Shown: positions 40,824-55,314 of the stretch, in pieces
How positions within the stretch are numbered: the first letter of the stretch is position 1
How the letters are laid out: each line of letters starts with the position of its first letter
Assembly: GCA_951406725.2 (NCBI GenBank)
Contig: OX597830.1
Location: forward strand, 59,768,001 to 59,832,000
Direction: 5' to 3'
Source of the DNA: Octopus vulgaris
Taxonomy: Eukaryota
DNA: 64,000 bases
Translations under genes and position numbers: made by a program
Notes under the pieces: model-generated
Seen by the model: the letters and a program-made list of their open reading frames with translations, nothing else
Told to the model about the DNA's origin: nothing
The model's database searches: none

Positions 40824-41291
40824 ATAATGACTCTGCTTTTCCTTTTCTCTGTCTTTCGTACTTGCTCTTCACTATCTCCCCAATTCTTCATTTTGTAATC
40901 TATTCACCCTCCTCTTCTGCATCCCATTGACCTCCTCCTCTCCTCCACATCTTCTCTTGTACTTACTCACCCTGTCCCTACATCTACGGAAACCTCCTAC
41001 CTTCTCATTCACCAACTCTTCCTTTTCCTCAACGACTAAATCCTGCTCCTCCCTATCCTCTCTCCTTCCCCTCCTACACTCGTCCTAGTGGCATTTCCAC
41101 CATCTCCTCCCACCATCGTCACATACCTACTCTCACCATTGCTATCCTCTTTCTTTCGCTCCCCCTCTCTATTACACTTTGTCTTTTCTGACTTTGTACT
41201 TCTATCCTTCATCCTTCCTTCCCTATCCGTGCCACTTTGTACTCAAATCCCCCAAACACTGAAGCGCGCCCACAAAAACATACACATAGAT

Positions 41292-41335
<44 letters not shown>

Positions 41336-41489
41336 TCACTCACTCACAGTTGCTTTCATCATTCTCACAGCCGTTACACCAAACACCTTCTATGCCGCCA
41401 TCCTTACGATCTACACCAAGAACCAAACCACCACATCCCATTCACCTACCATCGCAACCAGGCACAATCACCACATCTCAATCACATCA

Positions 41490-41563
<74 letters not shown>

Positions 41564-41650
41564 CGTGTGTGTGTGCATAAACTTATTTTACTTTCTCATT
41601 CATTGAACTGCAACCATGCGGGTCACCATGTGTATATGTATGTTTGCGTG

Positions 41651-41713
<63 letters not shown>

Positions 41714-42063
41714 CAACAATAACAACAACGAAAACAACAGCACACAACTACAGTACACACAAACAACATACACACACATACACACACACATATATATATA
41801 CATACATTTATACACGCAAACACATGTGTATCCATACACAGACTCACATATGTACATACGTACACACACACCATGCACATGTACGTACGCGTGTATGTAT
41901 GTTTGTATGTATGTATGTATGTTTGTATGTATGTATGTATGAATGTGTATGTGTGTATTTATGTGTGTATATGCATATATATATATATATATTTATACGT
42001 ACACATAAATGTATAGAATATACAAACATATATATGTATGTATATATTTGTGTGTGTGTGTGC

Positions 42064-42162
<99 letters not shown>

Positions 42163-43663
42163 GACACAGAAATATGAATGATATTTATAAATTTATGTGT
42201 ATGTACAGAGACGGCTATGAATACATACATACATACATACACAGACATATATGTATGTGTGTGTGTGTGAATGTGTGCGTGTGTGTCGGTGTGTGTGAGT
42301 GCATGACCGCCATAAGCAGCATATCGCATCAATACCGCCGCCGCCACTGCCACCTAGCCTTGATTACCAGTATCACCAGCGCGACCATCCTCCTCTCCAT
42401 CCACGCTTCGCTTTGCCTCGCTGCCCACGCAGGCAGCGTGTCCAATATTGATAGGCGCTGGCTGTCAAACAAGCAGCGAGACTGATATAATAATACACCT
42501 CTGCATACATATACACACACTATACACACATTTACGTACAGATATATACACACAATTACACACGCATTCACATGTGCACACATACGTACGTACGTACGTA
42601 CTAACATCCAATCACCCACCCACCCACGCTCACACACACACATACATACATACATACATACATACATACATACATACATACATACATACATACACACACA
42701 TACATACATACGTACACACACACACACATACATGCATATATACGTACACACACACACATACATGCATATATTCATCCGAATGTAAATTCCCACAACACGC
42801 ATTAACACACACACACACACACTACAATATATTCGTATGCAGAACTAATACATACATACATTCATGCATACATACCTACATACATTCATGTATACATACA
42901 TATATACATACTTTCATGCATACATACATACACACAAATGCACACACATACACACACGCATATATACACACATGAACAAATGCTTACACGCGCGCACATA
43001 TACACACATACATACACGCACGCGCTCGCGCACACACACACACATGCGCACACGCGCACAAGAATCATAAATATATGTGCATAGCTTCTTATACGCGCAT
43101 ACACGTACACGTTGCACAAAAACCCGTACAGCCATGGTACATACTCCACGGCGCCAATTAGAGTATGTCATTCATGATATTTATCAGGAGGCCTGTCACT
43201 GGGTTTTATTTTGTTTTATGTAATTTATTTAACTTTTACTTTTTTGTTTACAAAAAAAAAATCTGAATTGAAGAAATCGCATTTCTATAAACGATAAAAA
43301 TAGTTGGGAATGTGTGAGTATGTTGGAGAATGAGAACAGCCTGCTGACACGGTTTCAACGCCTTTGATCAAAGGTCTCTTCCGTTGCGGCTGACCTGGGG
43401 TTGAACAAAGGCACTAGCAGCGACAATGACAGCAATGATAACGGTTTCGAATTTTGGCCGAAGGTGGAAAACGATTACATCGGCCTCAGTATTTGGTTGG
43501 TACTTACTTCGAAGTAAGTAAGGAGGAAAGGCAAAGTCGACCTCGACTTAATTTGAACTCAGAAGAAACGACCGGACAAAATGCCGCCAAACATTTTCCC
43601 GGCATACTAACGGTTCTGTCAGTTTGCTTCCTTAATAATAATAATAATAATAATAATTATTAA

Positions 43664-43910
43664 TTCGTTTATTGGCCACAAGGGCTAACAAAAATCAATT
43701 AAAAAACAGGACAAAAAACAGGACGAAAGTTACAAACAGTTTTGTCCGTTTGAAACAAAAGTCCGTGTACAAAAGCAGGATAACAACGTAATATAAGTAA
43801 CAATTAAAAACCCCTTAATAAGGGGAGGCGCTCCGAAAGGCTACTCGTGGAAAAATCCATAAAAGCCACGGGAGTCTGGTCAAAAGGGGTGTAGAGAGCC
43901 CCTTTCTCCT
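43664..43910 (-). mobile_element. Probable LINE 3' UTR sharing its terminus with SINE family A
   Basis: - strand ends gttagcccttgtggccaataaacgaat, versus SINE A tail tttagccccttgtgggcaataaagaaat. Confidence 0.5.
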
Positions 43911-44624
43911 TTTATATTTCCTTTTAATTTTTCACAGGTGTATCCTCAGAATTGATAACAATAATAATAAGTGACTCTCGTGGCTTCTGATCTTAACTGA
44001 TTGGAAATGTTATGTACATTGTTTTGTCTTGGTATAAAAGATGGGCTACAACAAATATTCTGCTCAATACCACATCGGTTGTCAAGCGATGTTGGCTGGG
44101 GACAAACACAGACACACAAACATATACATACACATACATATATACATATATACTACAGGCTTCTTTCAGTTTCCGTCTACCAAATCCACTCACAAGGCTT
44201 TGGTCGGCCCGAGACTATAGTAGAAGACACTTGCCCAAGGTGCCACGCAGTGGGACTGAACCCGGGACCATGTGGTTGGTAAGCAAGCTACTTACCACAC
44301 AGCCAATCCTGCGCCTTAGTGGTTGTTATTGCTGTTGTGATGGTTGCAACTGATGTTATTGTTATTTTGCTTCAGCTCAGAACTAGTCGAGCAGACTTAA
44401 AATCAATTGCATTCTAACCGTGACCATCCTGCCTTTTGTGATATAGTTTTTCCTTCTTCCGAGACGGTAGAGAGTGAATGGAGAAGTTTGCAGCTATTTC
44501 TAGCAATTCAAACGATTGTTGTAGTGCATTTTTTGAAGAGCTGGGTCAGCTCTGATAGATCACAGATTGACCAAAAGTGTTCCACCCCTGTCCAGCTTGT
44601 TTTTTTTTTTTATGTAACTGGGAC

Positions 44625-44940
44625 TCCGTCAGTTACGACGACGGGTGTTCCAGTTAATCCTATCCACAGAACAGTGTGTTCGTGAAATTTACGTGCAAGT
44701 GCCTAAAAATCCATAGACACGAGTGTTTTTAATGAAGAGTTCTCCGGGAGATTCACCGTGACACAGAATGTGACAAGGTTGGCCCTTTGAAACACAGGTA
44801 CGACTCATTTTTGCCAGCTGAGTGGACTGGAGCAACGCGATATAAAATGTCATGCTCGAAGATACAACGCGCCGCCGGGAATTGAACTCACGACCTTACG
44901 ATATTGAGCCAAATATCCTAATCACTAACCCATGCGCCAT
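44625..44940 (-). mobile_element. SINE family D (tRNA-derived)
   Basis: gggaattgaactcacgacc reverse B-box; related copies at 47585-47885 (-), 2460-2730 (+) and 54740-54850 (-, partial). Confidence 0.75.
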
Positions 44941-45876
44941 TTTTTAATGTAGGATTACATTGATCAATATGACCTTCTTTTCCTTGCGATGATAGGGTGT
45001 GATTCGAGAGAATGTGGTTGCTACTTCTGCTGCTCGAACAGACACATAATTTCCAATGAGGTCAATACCATCCTCTCGCGGGATGGAGGCGTTAAGAGCT
45101 ATGAACGATTGGCAAAATTATATTAAAGAGGAGCGTTATGAGCCATGACGTGGGTAAAGAGAAAAAATTATACTAGAAGGTTTCTGGAAAGTCATTGGGT
45201 CATTTTATAAAATCATTATTGTCATTTGCGTCCCGGTGCCTTAGACTATTGCATGGTTGAAAGCTGGCTGTCTCCGTTTATTTGTAATAAGAGTTTCATG
45301 TGTAAAACTAGTACTCTTAAATACCGAAGTTAGCATTTGAGCTGAACATTAGATTTAATTCTCAGCAATTGCCTTTTGTTACAATAATTTCTTCAGTTCA
45401 AATGTGAAAAAGGAGTTAGTTGTGCAAGTTCAACCAGAAAGTCATCCAGAATACGTTTTTCTGCAGTGAAAAATACAACAGCAACTGGAACAATAACAAC
45501 GGGAGCATTTCTCCTTGTGAATCACTTCGACGGTTCTTATCAGACATAACAACACACTAGAAAACGACATTCCTTAATTTTCTTAGATGTACATTATTTA
45601 TTAATATAATTAACATAATCATCAAGATATCCGACATTTTTCGTTAATATGATTAAAAGTAAGAATAATTAAGATAGGAGACATTGTTTATTAATGGGAT
45701 TTCTGCTGCTGCTGCTGATGACAATCAGCAACTTTCACAATTTTTTGCTTCAGTTTTCATTAATGAAGTCGTCATAAATCTCCGCGTCGCTCTTCGGTTT
45801 CTAGTTTTCGCCAATTGATAAATTTTTTTCCCGCCAGATACGATTAAAGAAAAACAATAGCAGTAGCTCGGTTTCA

Positions 45877-46298
45877 GGATCTTTTCCGTTTGACCGGCAG
45901 TTTTTTTTAATAATTTCCACGTAACTAAACACTTTTAAACTTCGTATACTGGTAGAATGTGTTTATAAAACATCTTTTTCTCTTGGCTTTATTGAGAAAA
46001 TTCTATAGTTTGTAAGATATTTGTTGTTTTTTTCTTCAATTTCTGCAATTTCAACCAATCAATGACGTCTATTGAGGTGAAAACATTCTGTGCCGTATGA
46101 ATATGTCCCTCGTTTAAGAAACAGATTGGGTTTATTTACATTTCTGAAGAAAAAAAGATACCTTCCCTCCACCCCTAACCCTAACCCTAACCCTAAAACA
46201 GATTGATATGCAATAGATCGATATTAGGGTCATAATTATGGGTGACAATTTCATATGACACCGCTAGAAAAAACTGTTTTATCAAACCGAAAAGATCC
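45877..46298. mobile_element. MITE with GG-terminal ~30-bp TIRs and 8-bp TSD (Merlin-like), containing (CCCTAA)4
   Basis: TIRs ggatcttttccgtttgaccggcagtttttt / aaaaaactgttttatcaaaccgaaaagatcc; perfect TSD cggtttca at 45869-45876 and 46299-46306. Confidence 0.8.
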
Positions 46299-47094
46299 CG
46301 GTTTCATTCTGGTAGCCAGATTTCGCATAAGCCTTGATCCTCAAAGATCATCTTGACTTGATCTTCGTTTTGCAATTCAATGATGCAGTTCAGTTATTGG
46401 TTCTGTTTTGAACACAAATGAGTACCAGTCCAGATATGCCTTCTTTGAAGGACGATAATGCATAAGTAGACGATCGAATACAAAAGTAGACACTTGAGCT
46501 GAGTCGAATGGTTTGATTCCCGGGAATCTTTTCTCCTTACAATAAGAATAAGAAAGTATAACAACCGTAGAATTTATACATACTAGCAACATTGGTAGGA
46601 ATTTCGCTGTTATTTTGAAAACAATAAAATTCTTGGAAGTTAAAGCGTCATGATGTAATCACGAAATAATAAAGAATCACGAAATGATAAATTCTTTTGA
46701 AATGGCATTTTTTCTGAAGCGTTTGATTCTGGAGTTGGCAAGAAAAGAGTCTCATATGGAATGCTGAAGCTGCAACTTTTGAAGAGAGCATCTTTGAAGA
46801 CTATATTCTTTGTTATGTCGTCTGTTCTACCTTAGAGTTGCTATAAATTGCTTTGCATTAAAATATGAACAGATTCGAGAGAGAGTGACATTCATTATTC
46901 AAACGACTGAAAATTACTGAAAATGTGTTGAAAGGACATGTATATAGCAAATACTTTAAACACTCTTAGCTAGATATGGTAATGCTTTAACAAATGTTAA
47001 TACTTATCATAGAGAAAAGTGCATACAGTTGGACTTGAACCCATGGTCCTAGTAAAAGAAATACAGTAGCTGTCCCACTGAGCTCTCTTTCTCT

Positions 47095-47305
47095 CTTTTT
47101 TACTTGTTTCAGTCATTTGACTGCGGCCATGCTGGAGCACCACCTTTAATCGAGCAAATCGACCTCAGGACTTATTCTTTATAAGCCTAGTACTTATTCT
47201 ATCGGTCTCTTTTGCCGAACCGCTAGGTGACGGGGACGTAAACACACCAGCATCGGTTGTCAAGCAATGCTAGGGGTTACAAACACAGACACACAAACAC
47301 ACACA

Positions 47306-47367
<62 letters not shown>

Positions 47368-47527
47368 TACGACGGGCTTCTTTCAGTTTCCGTCTACCAA
47401 ATCCACTCACAAGGCTTTGGTCAGCCCGAGGCTATAGTAGAAGACACTTGCCCAAGGTGCCACGCAGAGGGACTGAACCCGGAACCATGTGGTTCGTAAG
47501 CAAGCTACTTACCACACAGCCACTCCT
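47095..47527 (-). mobile_element. SINE family B full-length copy
   Basis: Reverse-complement match with internal (TA)n. Confidence 0.9.
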
Positions 47528-47987
47528 AAATAAATTACACTTAATTTAAAATGTATATTTATGAATCGATTGTCTAACAAATAGCTGGTACTCCGTTGGT
47601 TGGGACGACGAGGGTTTTAGTTGATCCGATCAATGGAACAGCCCCTGCTTGTGAAATGAACGCACACGTGACTGAGCACCTCACCACAGACACGTGAACC
47701 CTTTGCGTAGTTCTCAGGAAGATTCAGCTTTGTAATACAGGTACAACTCATTTTTGCTAGCTGAGTGGACTGGAGCAGCGTGGAATAAAATGTCTTGCGC
47801 AAGGGCAAAACGCGTCGCAGGGAATCGAACTCACGACATTGTGATCGTGAGCCGAATATCCTAACCTCTAAGAGCTACGTGCCTTCACCTTGCTAAATAT
47901 TATAGATATTCTTTCTATAATATATTATGTCATCCTTCCATCTCAGTCAATTGTCTTCGGATTATATAAATTTTGTATGTTTAATAT

Positions 47988-48281
47988 GTGGAGGCACATG
48001 GCCTAGTGGTTAGAGCAGCGGTCGAGGGATCGCAGGTTCGAATCTCAGACCGGTCGATGTGTGTGTTTATGAGCGAAACACCTAAGCTCCACGCGGCTCC
48101 AGCAGAAGGTAATGGCGAAACTTCTGCTGACTCTTTCGCCACAACCTTCTCTCACTCTTTCCTCCTGCATCTTGCAGCTCACCTGCGACGGACCGGCGTC
48201 CCGTCCAGGTGGGGAACCTATACGCCAAGAAACCGGGAAACCGGCCGTCATGAGCCAGGCATGGCTCGAGAAGGAACAAAC
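47988..48281 (+). mobile_element. SINE family C copy
   Basis: tRNA-like head; cctgcgacggaccggcgtcccgtccagg...gaaaccgggaaaccgg body also seen at about 60890-60990. Confidence 0.8.
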
Positions 48282-48740
48282 ATGTTTAATATACTATGTC
48301 TTCGATTTCGTTCCATTGTTAAAAGGGTGTTGTTTAAAAACATTACAGTAAGCAGTAGCAGAATAATATCATGGGTGAGAAGAAAATACCGAAGAAGAAA
48401 AAGTAAGTGTGCTCTTCAATATAGGTATTTTTGTTATAGGCACAGCCATGTGGATGTAGATAGGAGGTTTGCGTCGCAACCACATGGTCTCGGATTCAGT
48501 CCCGAAACCTTAAAAATATTTGCTGGACTTGACTTGATCGAAACAAACCCTTCAAGAGGTGCCCCAACATGGATGCAGTGTGAAACAAGTGAAAGAATGG
48601 AGGAATATATTTGCTTTCAAAGGACACCACCAATAGTTGATGGTGTATGGTTAACATTGTGACACAATCAGCCTGTAATGGGTATCTGATGAGGAGCAAA
48701 TCCTGCACCACATTTCAATACACCACAGTCAATTCCTTGC

Positions 48741-48774
<34 letters not shown>

Positions 48775-48797
48775 AGAGGGAAAGAGAAGGGGAGAGA

Positions 48798-48863
<66 letters not shown>

Positions 48864-50309
48864 AAGAGGGAGAGAGGGAAAGAGAGGGAGAGAGAAGGAG
48901 AGAGAAGGAGAGAGAGAGAGAGAAAGCGAAGGAAAGAGAGAATTTCTTCAGCTCTGGTAACATTTATTCTTCAACTTCAAAAGATTCTTTCAATGTTTGG
49001 ATATTTTACTATGACTTTATCATCAATTAAAATTTTCATTTAAAATTCATTACTTTACTTAGCAGCACTTCTAAAAGGATTTCTGCTTTTACGTATCAAC
49101 TCCTTCTAATCAATTCAAAACAATATATTTCTATAACATTACAAGAATATTTGAATTATCCTTTATTCTTTAGACTTGTTTCAGTTATTGGACTATGGCC
49201 ATGCCGAGGCTCTGTCTTGAAGGGTTTAGTCGAACAAAATGATACCAATATTTACTTCTAAGTCTGCTACTTATTTATCGGTCTGTTTTCGGGAATCGTC
49301 AGGTTTCGAGAACCCCTACCCCACAAAAAAAAAACCGGTTATCAAACTGGCGGGGAACAAACACAACCGTATAAACGACTGAATCCGAAACCATATGGCT
49401 TGGAAGCAAATTTCTTACCACACAACCATGCCGGCACCTCTAATTATAAATTCTTCTGGACAAAGTTTTTATTTACCACAATTATTCCGTGTTGTATGTA
49501 ATTTCAGGAAGCCAATGTTGTACATTTAATTTACAATGTTTCACAAAATGAATATGGAATATTTTGCATACGACATTACTTTGTTTTAATATAATTTGCG
49601 AAAGTTTTGCTCTTTTTTCTTTTACTCTCTTATTTTAATCATATTAAACAACGTCTGGCTGCTATCTTAATTATTCGTATTTTAATCATACTAATAAACA
49701 GTGTCTGCTTTATTAATTATTCCTATTTTAATCACATTAATGAACATCTTACCTTTAAAATAATATAAATCTGTTTACATTTATGTTAAGTTTAATTATA
49801 GCCTTAACTATTATTAGGAATAAATGTTAGGAGCGGTGGTGAGTAACCAAGTATTTGATGGCGGATAAGAGATTATTAATAAAACGCATAATGAGGCTCT
49901 GACCAAGATGGCTCCAAATATGTGATATACGTATATTTCTGTATACTGCTATGCGTTCGTGTGTGTGTGTATGTGTGTGTGTGTGTGTGTATGAGCACAT
50001 GTTTGCATATACATGTATGTGATACGTGTATGTTGCACTTATGTGTATATAATTTTCTGTGTGCTGCTGTTAATTCAAATGTATAAATATACATACATAC
50101 ATGCACATACCCCCACACATATATACACGATGGGCTTCTTTCAGTTTCCGTCTACTGAATCCACTTACAAGGTTTTGATTGGCCCGAGGCTTTGGTAGAA
50201 GTCATTTATCCAAGTTGTCATGTCGTAGGACTGAAGCCGGAACCATGTCATACGGATGCAAGCTTCTTACCACACAGCCACGCCTGCGCGTTTCTATCTA
50301 TCTATCTAC

Positions 50310-50386
<77 letters not shown>

Positions 50387-50640
50387 TATGGTGTGTGGTA
50401 ATACGTTGTCCTCCCAATCAGATGGTTCCGTGTTCAGTCCCACTGCGTGGCACCTTGGTCCAGTGCATTCTACTACAGCCTCGGGCCGACTAAAGACTTG
50501 TGAATGGATTTGGTAGACGGAAACTGAAAGAAGCCCGACGTGTATGTGTATAAGTGTGTGTATGTGCGTGTGTGTATATATATGTGTATGTATATATATA
50601 TGTGTGTGTCTGTGCATATGTGTGTGTGTGTGCGTATGTG

Positions 50641-50686
<46 letters not shown>

Positions 50687-51631
50687 GGCCGCCAACACTT
50701 TTTCTGCAGGTAGCTCATCCTGTTCAGGCTATATTATTAGCATTATCCTTCGTTTGAGAATTAAAAATCCCTTCTTTAACTTCCTAAGACATCTCAACTC
50801 TTCTAAAGCAAACTTCGTTTGTTTGTTTTCGTTCATCGTAATTTGAATTCAACTTAATCCATAATGATTAGACTAGCCAAATATAGTTGGTGTCACCTAC
50901 GGCTATTCGGGAACTAGGCCGGACATAGCTTCTTTACGACTTGTCACCAGCTATTTAGGGTGTCAGCACTCACGATCGTGAGAGTGTGGCTTCAATTCCT
51001 GAACCGGCCGGTGTGCTGTGTTTTTGAGAAAAACACTTTATCTCACGTAGTTCTGCGATCACTTCAACACCTGGCGTATGGTGTTACCTTACACCGGCTT
51101 AAACAACGCCGATTTGATGGAGGGAGTAAGCTAACGTACGGTACATACATTTGAATCACAATCAACAAAATCCTTAGCACAGGTTGCTCAGCAAGAAATC
51201 GCAGAACCGTCTTCTTTCGGACTATTAGAGACTAGCATCATCGTAGGTATTGATTAATATTTACTTGCATAAAATGAATCGCAGTGTCAGCTGTTCATTG
51301 TGTTTTTTCATAAGTAGATATTTTCTCTTTGTAAACTAAGTGAGTCGAGGTGGAAGAGCTATACACTCGGCTACTTACTGCACACTTCAGCAACATTCGC
51401 TGATGTTCTGGTAGAGGAGCTTATAATCTCCTGTAGATTATTAACTACACCTTCAGATAAAACTTGGAGATTTCTAACGTTTTATATCAAGTGGACTTTT
51501 GTCATGTAATGTATTTTACTCTGCTAAATGTCTCCAATAATGTTGTTGTTGTATAAACCCCTATTATATTCATACATACATACGTACACACATACATACA
51601 TTAGTACAAGAACATATTGTGTGTGTGTGTG

Positions 51632-51662
<31 letters not shown>

Positions 51663-51736
51663 ATAAAATAAGAAGTGACATCAAAAGAATGAGACATTTA
51701 TATTAGGTAAATAGAGGATTATTTATATATGTATAA

Positions 51737-52132
51737 CTAGCAGTGTCGGCCGGCGTTGCTCGGGTTTGTAAGGGAAATAACTATATAAGCATTTTTAGAG
51801 ATGTAAAGTATAATAGCCATCTCAATATGGCTAACCACAAAGAGGGGGGGTTACTGTAGCTTTTTACGTTCTGAGATTTAATAATAAATTTTTAGAGAGT
51901 TACTTCCCTTATATATGCCAAAAATGCATTCAAAATGAGAAAAATTGATGGTAATTTTTTTTTTAAATCGTAGACTCATCGTAGACGCGCGCTAATACCC
52001 AGAAGGGCTCGATATGAATCACGACTATAAGATACCCGGTTTTGGTTAAACTGCACCGCAAAATGTGGGAGTAGTTAGGAATCTAAATCGTAGGAGACAG
52101 ACAGCACACAACCTCACTTTTATATATAAAGA
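51737..52132 (-). mobile_element. Non-autonomous Helitron
   Basis: - strand 5' TCTTTATATATAAAAG, 3' hairpin cccgagcaacgccgg then CTAG; A|T insertion site; 3' ~65 bp shared with 8424-8805. Confidence 0.8.
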
Positions 52133-52158
52133 TATAGGACAATCAGTAAGTTGTTATC

Positions 52159-52217
52159 ATAGTACTCGGAGTTTCGAATGTCGGAGCGAAGAGCTACGAT
52201 ACATTCTCGTCGGCTAT
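52159..52217 (-). ncRNA. Type I minimal hammerhead ribozyme (U4C variant)
   Basis: AUAG CCGACGA GAAUGU-loop-ACAUUC GAA AC UCCGA GU A CUAU: stems I, II and III and a GUA cleavage triplet all present. Confidence 0.7.
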
Positions 52218-52270
52218 TAAGGGCAACAAACGCTATGAAAAACTGTTGAATACCCTAATAGGTAGAATAA

Positions 52271-52710
52271 ATGAAAAAAAGAAAAATGGGAAGAGATAAA
52301 AAATATTTGTGCCCGTTAAATGGAGTATGTATGACCGAGGCCATTATTTATGAACCCACCATAAATTCTACGAACGCTAATAAGACAGTTTCGTCAGAGA
52401 TATATGGATCTCACGGAGGGAAATTTCAAAGTAAGGTTCAACAATCTCACCTTAGGCTTCAGATACTGGGATAAACGAAAAACTACCAAATTATCCAGCC
52501 ATATATGGTTCTTAAAAGAAAAGGTGTCAGCTATAGGACTTACTGGAAGATCTTGGCTAAATATAAACCTTATACCAACGGTAGTGGCAAGTGCGGCCAT
52601 TGTAATATGGAAAGATGACTCATCTAGAAAAGTTCCTTGGACCCCGTTACATGTCTAAATTCAAGAACTGAACATTTTGGATCATGTCCAAATGTGACAA
52701 AATACCTGCT
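52271..52710 (+). pseudogene. Penelope GIY-YIG endonuclease relic
   Basis: CPLNGVCMTEAIIYEPTI..., LTEGNFKVRFNN...TTKLSSHIWFLKEK, GSGKCGHC, LNSRTE across frameshifts. Confidence 0.85.
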
Positions 52711-53061
52711 ACGGTTTGGGGCTCCCCACGATCATGGATAGAATCCACATTTTTACTATGTTCCTGCACAAGCTTTCCATATGTCTTAACACTTTTCCTT
52801 CTTTATTTTATATATATATTTTTTCCTTTTTTTTTTTCCTTTTTACTCGTGTGAATGTATGTGTGTGAGTATATCTATATGTATGCATATATTTTTATAT
52901 GTATGTGTCTGTGCGTCTGTATATGTATATATATGTATGCATATATGTATGTATATAAGTGTAAGACTGAATTCGGGGCATAAGTGCGACATTCAGACAC
53001 CGTTCATTTATACGGATATGCATGTGTTTGTATATGTGCGGGTGTAGGCGTGTGATAGGAG

Positions 53062-53104
<43 letters not shown>

Positions 53105-53310
53105 GTATGTGTGTGTATATACGTATGTGCGGGGGTGTGAATGTATACCTATATATTTACGTATATTTATATGTATAAATGTCTAAATATATACATGTAT
53201 GCATGCAGGGACCTATGTGTATATCAGGATGAAGTTGCGTGCACACACACACACACACACACACACATACATACATACATACATACATACACACATACAT
53301 ACACATACAT

Positions 53311-53345
<35 letters not shown>

Positions 53346-53405
53346 TACATACATACATACATACACATACATACACACACACACATACATACATACATAC
53401 ATACA

Positions 53406-53490
<85 letters not shown>

Positions 53491-53770
53491 AGAGAGGGAT
53501 GCATGTGTGTGTTTGTATGGTTATGTGTATATGTATTAGTATGTATATGAACATATGTTTGTGTGTGTATATATATGTACATAAACATGTTTGTATGAGT
53601 GTGTACGTATGTAGTCGTTATGAACGCAGGAGGTTTAATGTCTATGTATTGTGAAAATATGGTTGCGTGTATTTTTTATCTTTTATCTTTTGTCTTTTTT
53701 TTCTTTTTACTACCTGTTAGAGTAACTTCCCTTTTTATTCAACGGTTTTTCATTGCTTCTATTGCCATTA

Positions 53771-53831
53771 ATGGCCGACGAGAATGCATCGTAGCTCTTC
53801 GAGCCGACATTCGAAACATTCCGAGTACTAT
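53771..53831 (+). ncRNA. Type I minimal hammerhead ribozyme (U4C variant)
   Basis: AUGG CCGACGA GAAUG-(extended hairpin)-CAUUC GAA AC AUUCCGA GU A CUAU. Confidence 0.65.
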
Positions 53832-53862
53832 AATGACAACTTACTGATTGTGTGTGCGTGTG

Positions 53863-53904
<42 letters not shown>

Positions 53905-53937
53905 TGTGTGTAAATATATAAAAATATCAATGGAAGA

Positions 53938-53968
<31 letters not shown>

Positions 53969-54063
53969 CACACACTCACGCGTACACACACTCACGCACG
54001 TATGAATGTCTATCTGCTATCTGTCACCTTCACTCTTTCTCTCTCTCCATCTCTCTCCCTCCC

Positions 54064-54124
<61 letters not shown>

Positions 54125-54473
54125 GAAATGTGCTAAGAGAAACCACAAAGTAGCCTGTAACATGAATGTCGAAGTGGGAAACGAGGAAAGGTATGGCAAA
54201 TACCATACAGGATATGTCCTTTATTCCATTGAAATATATTTGGCCACCAGAAGAGGTAAACAAACGCCCAGCGGCAACTTTGATGAGCTTCATGTGAGAA
54301 ATCAACAATTCTCCGTAATTAATATACCATCAAAGAAAGGATTTTTTTCTAGAGACAAGGAGTCAAAAAGCATTATTAACGAAGACTCTTTCTTCGACTC
54401 CAGACAGCCGTATGTATGGCTTAAACCTCCACAAAAAATTAGAGAGTACGCATGGTATATCTATCTATCTATC

Positions 54474-54584
<111 letters not shown>

Positions 54585-54594
54585 ATATATATAT

Positions 54595-54636
<42 letters not shown>

Positions 54637-54990
54637 AAAGGTTCTTCGTGAGCCATAGACTGAGAAGGGCGGCTTTTTACGGATTCTGTAGCGCATACAT
54701 TCCCGACCGGAACGGGACGTCGGTCCGTTACAGTACTCCTCATGTTTGCCAGCTGAGTGAACCGGAGCAACATGAAATGAAGTGTTTTGCTCAAGAACTC
54801 AACGCATCACTAACGATCAAGACTACAACAACCTCAATTGCTAAGCCTCGTGTATCCACACACAGAGACACACACACATCAATATACTCTTTACTCTTTA
54901 CTCTTTTACTTGTTTCAGTTGTTTGATGCGGCATATAGTATATTATATACTTATTCTATCGGTCTCTTTTTGCCGAACTGCTAAGTGACA

Positions 54991-55159
<169 letters not shown>

Positions 55160-55243
55160 TATAATATATAATATACATACATACATACAAAGACACAGAC
55201 ACACAGACACACACACGCGCGCCCACACTCGCACACACACACA

Positions 55244-55314
<71 letters not shown>

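Larger units (their letters stand above)
52139..53851 (+). mobile_element. 5'-truncated Penelope-like element with inverted pseudo-LTR
   Basis: GIY-YIG relic bracketed by ~115-bp inverted repeats (52139-52252 / 53736-53851), each containing a hammerhead fold. Confidence 0.85.

Noticed and set aside
48686-48710. Hammerhead-like ctgatga-gga-gcaaa-tcc
   Set aside because: No GAAA or stem III follows, and no stem I.
54130-54455. ~110-codon open stretch within the 306-aa ORF
   Set aside because: No credible start or splice signals, no recognised homology; at most a faint transposase relic.
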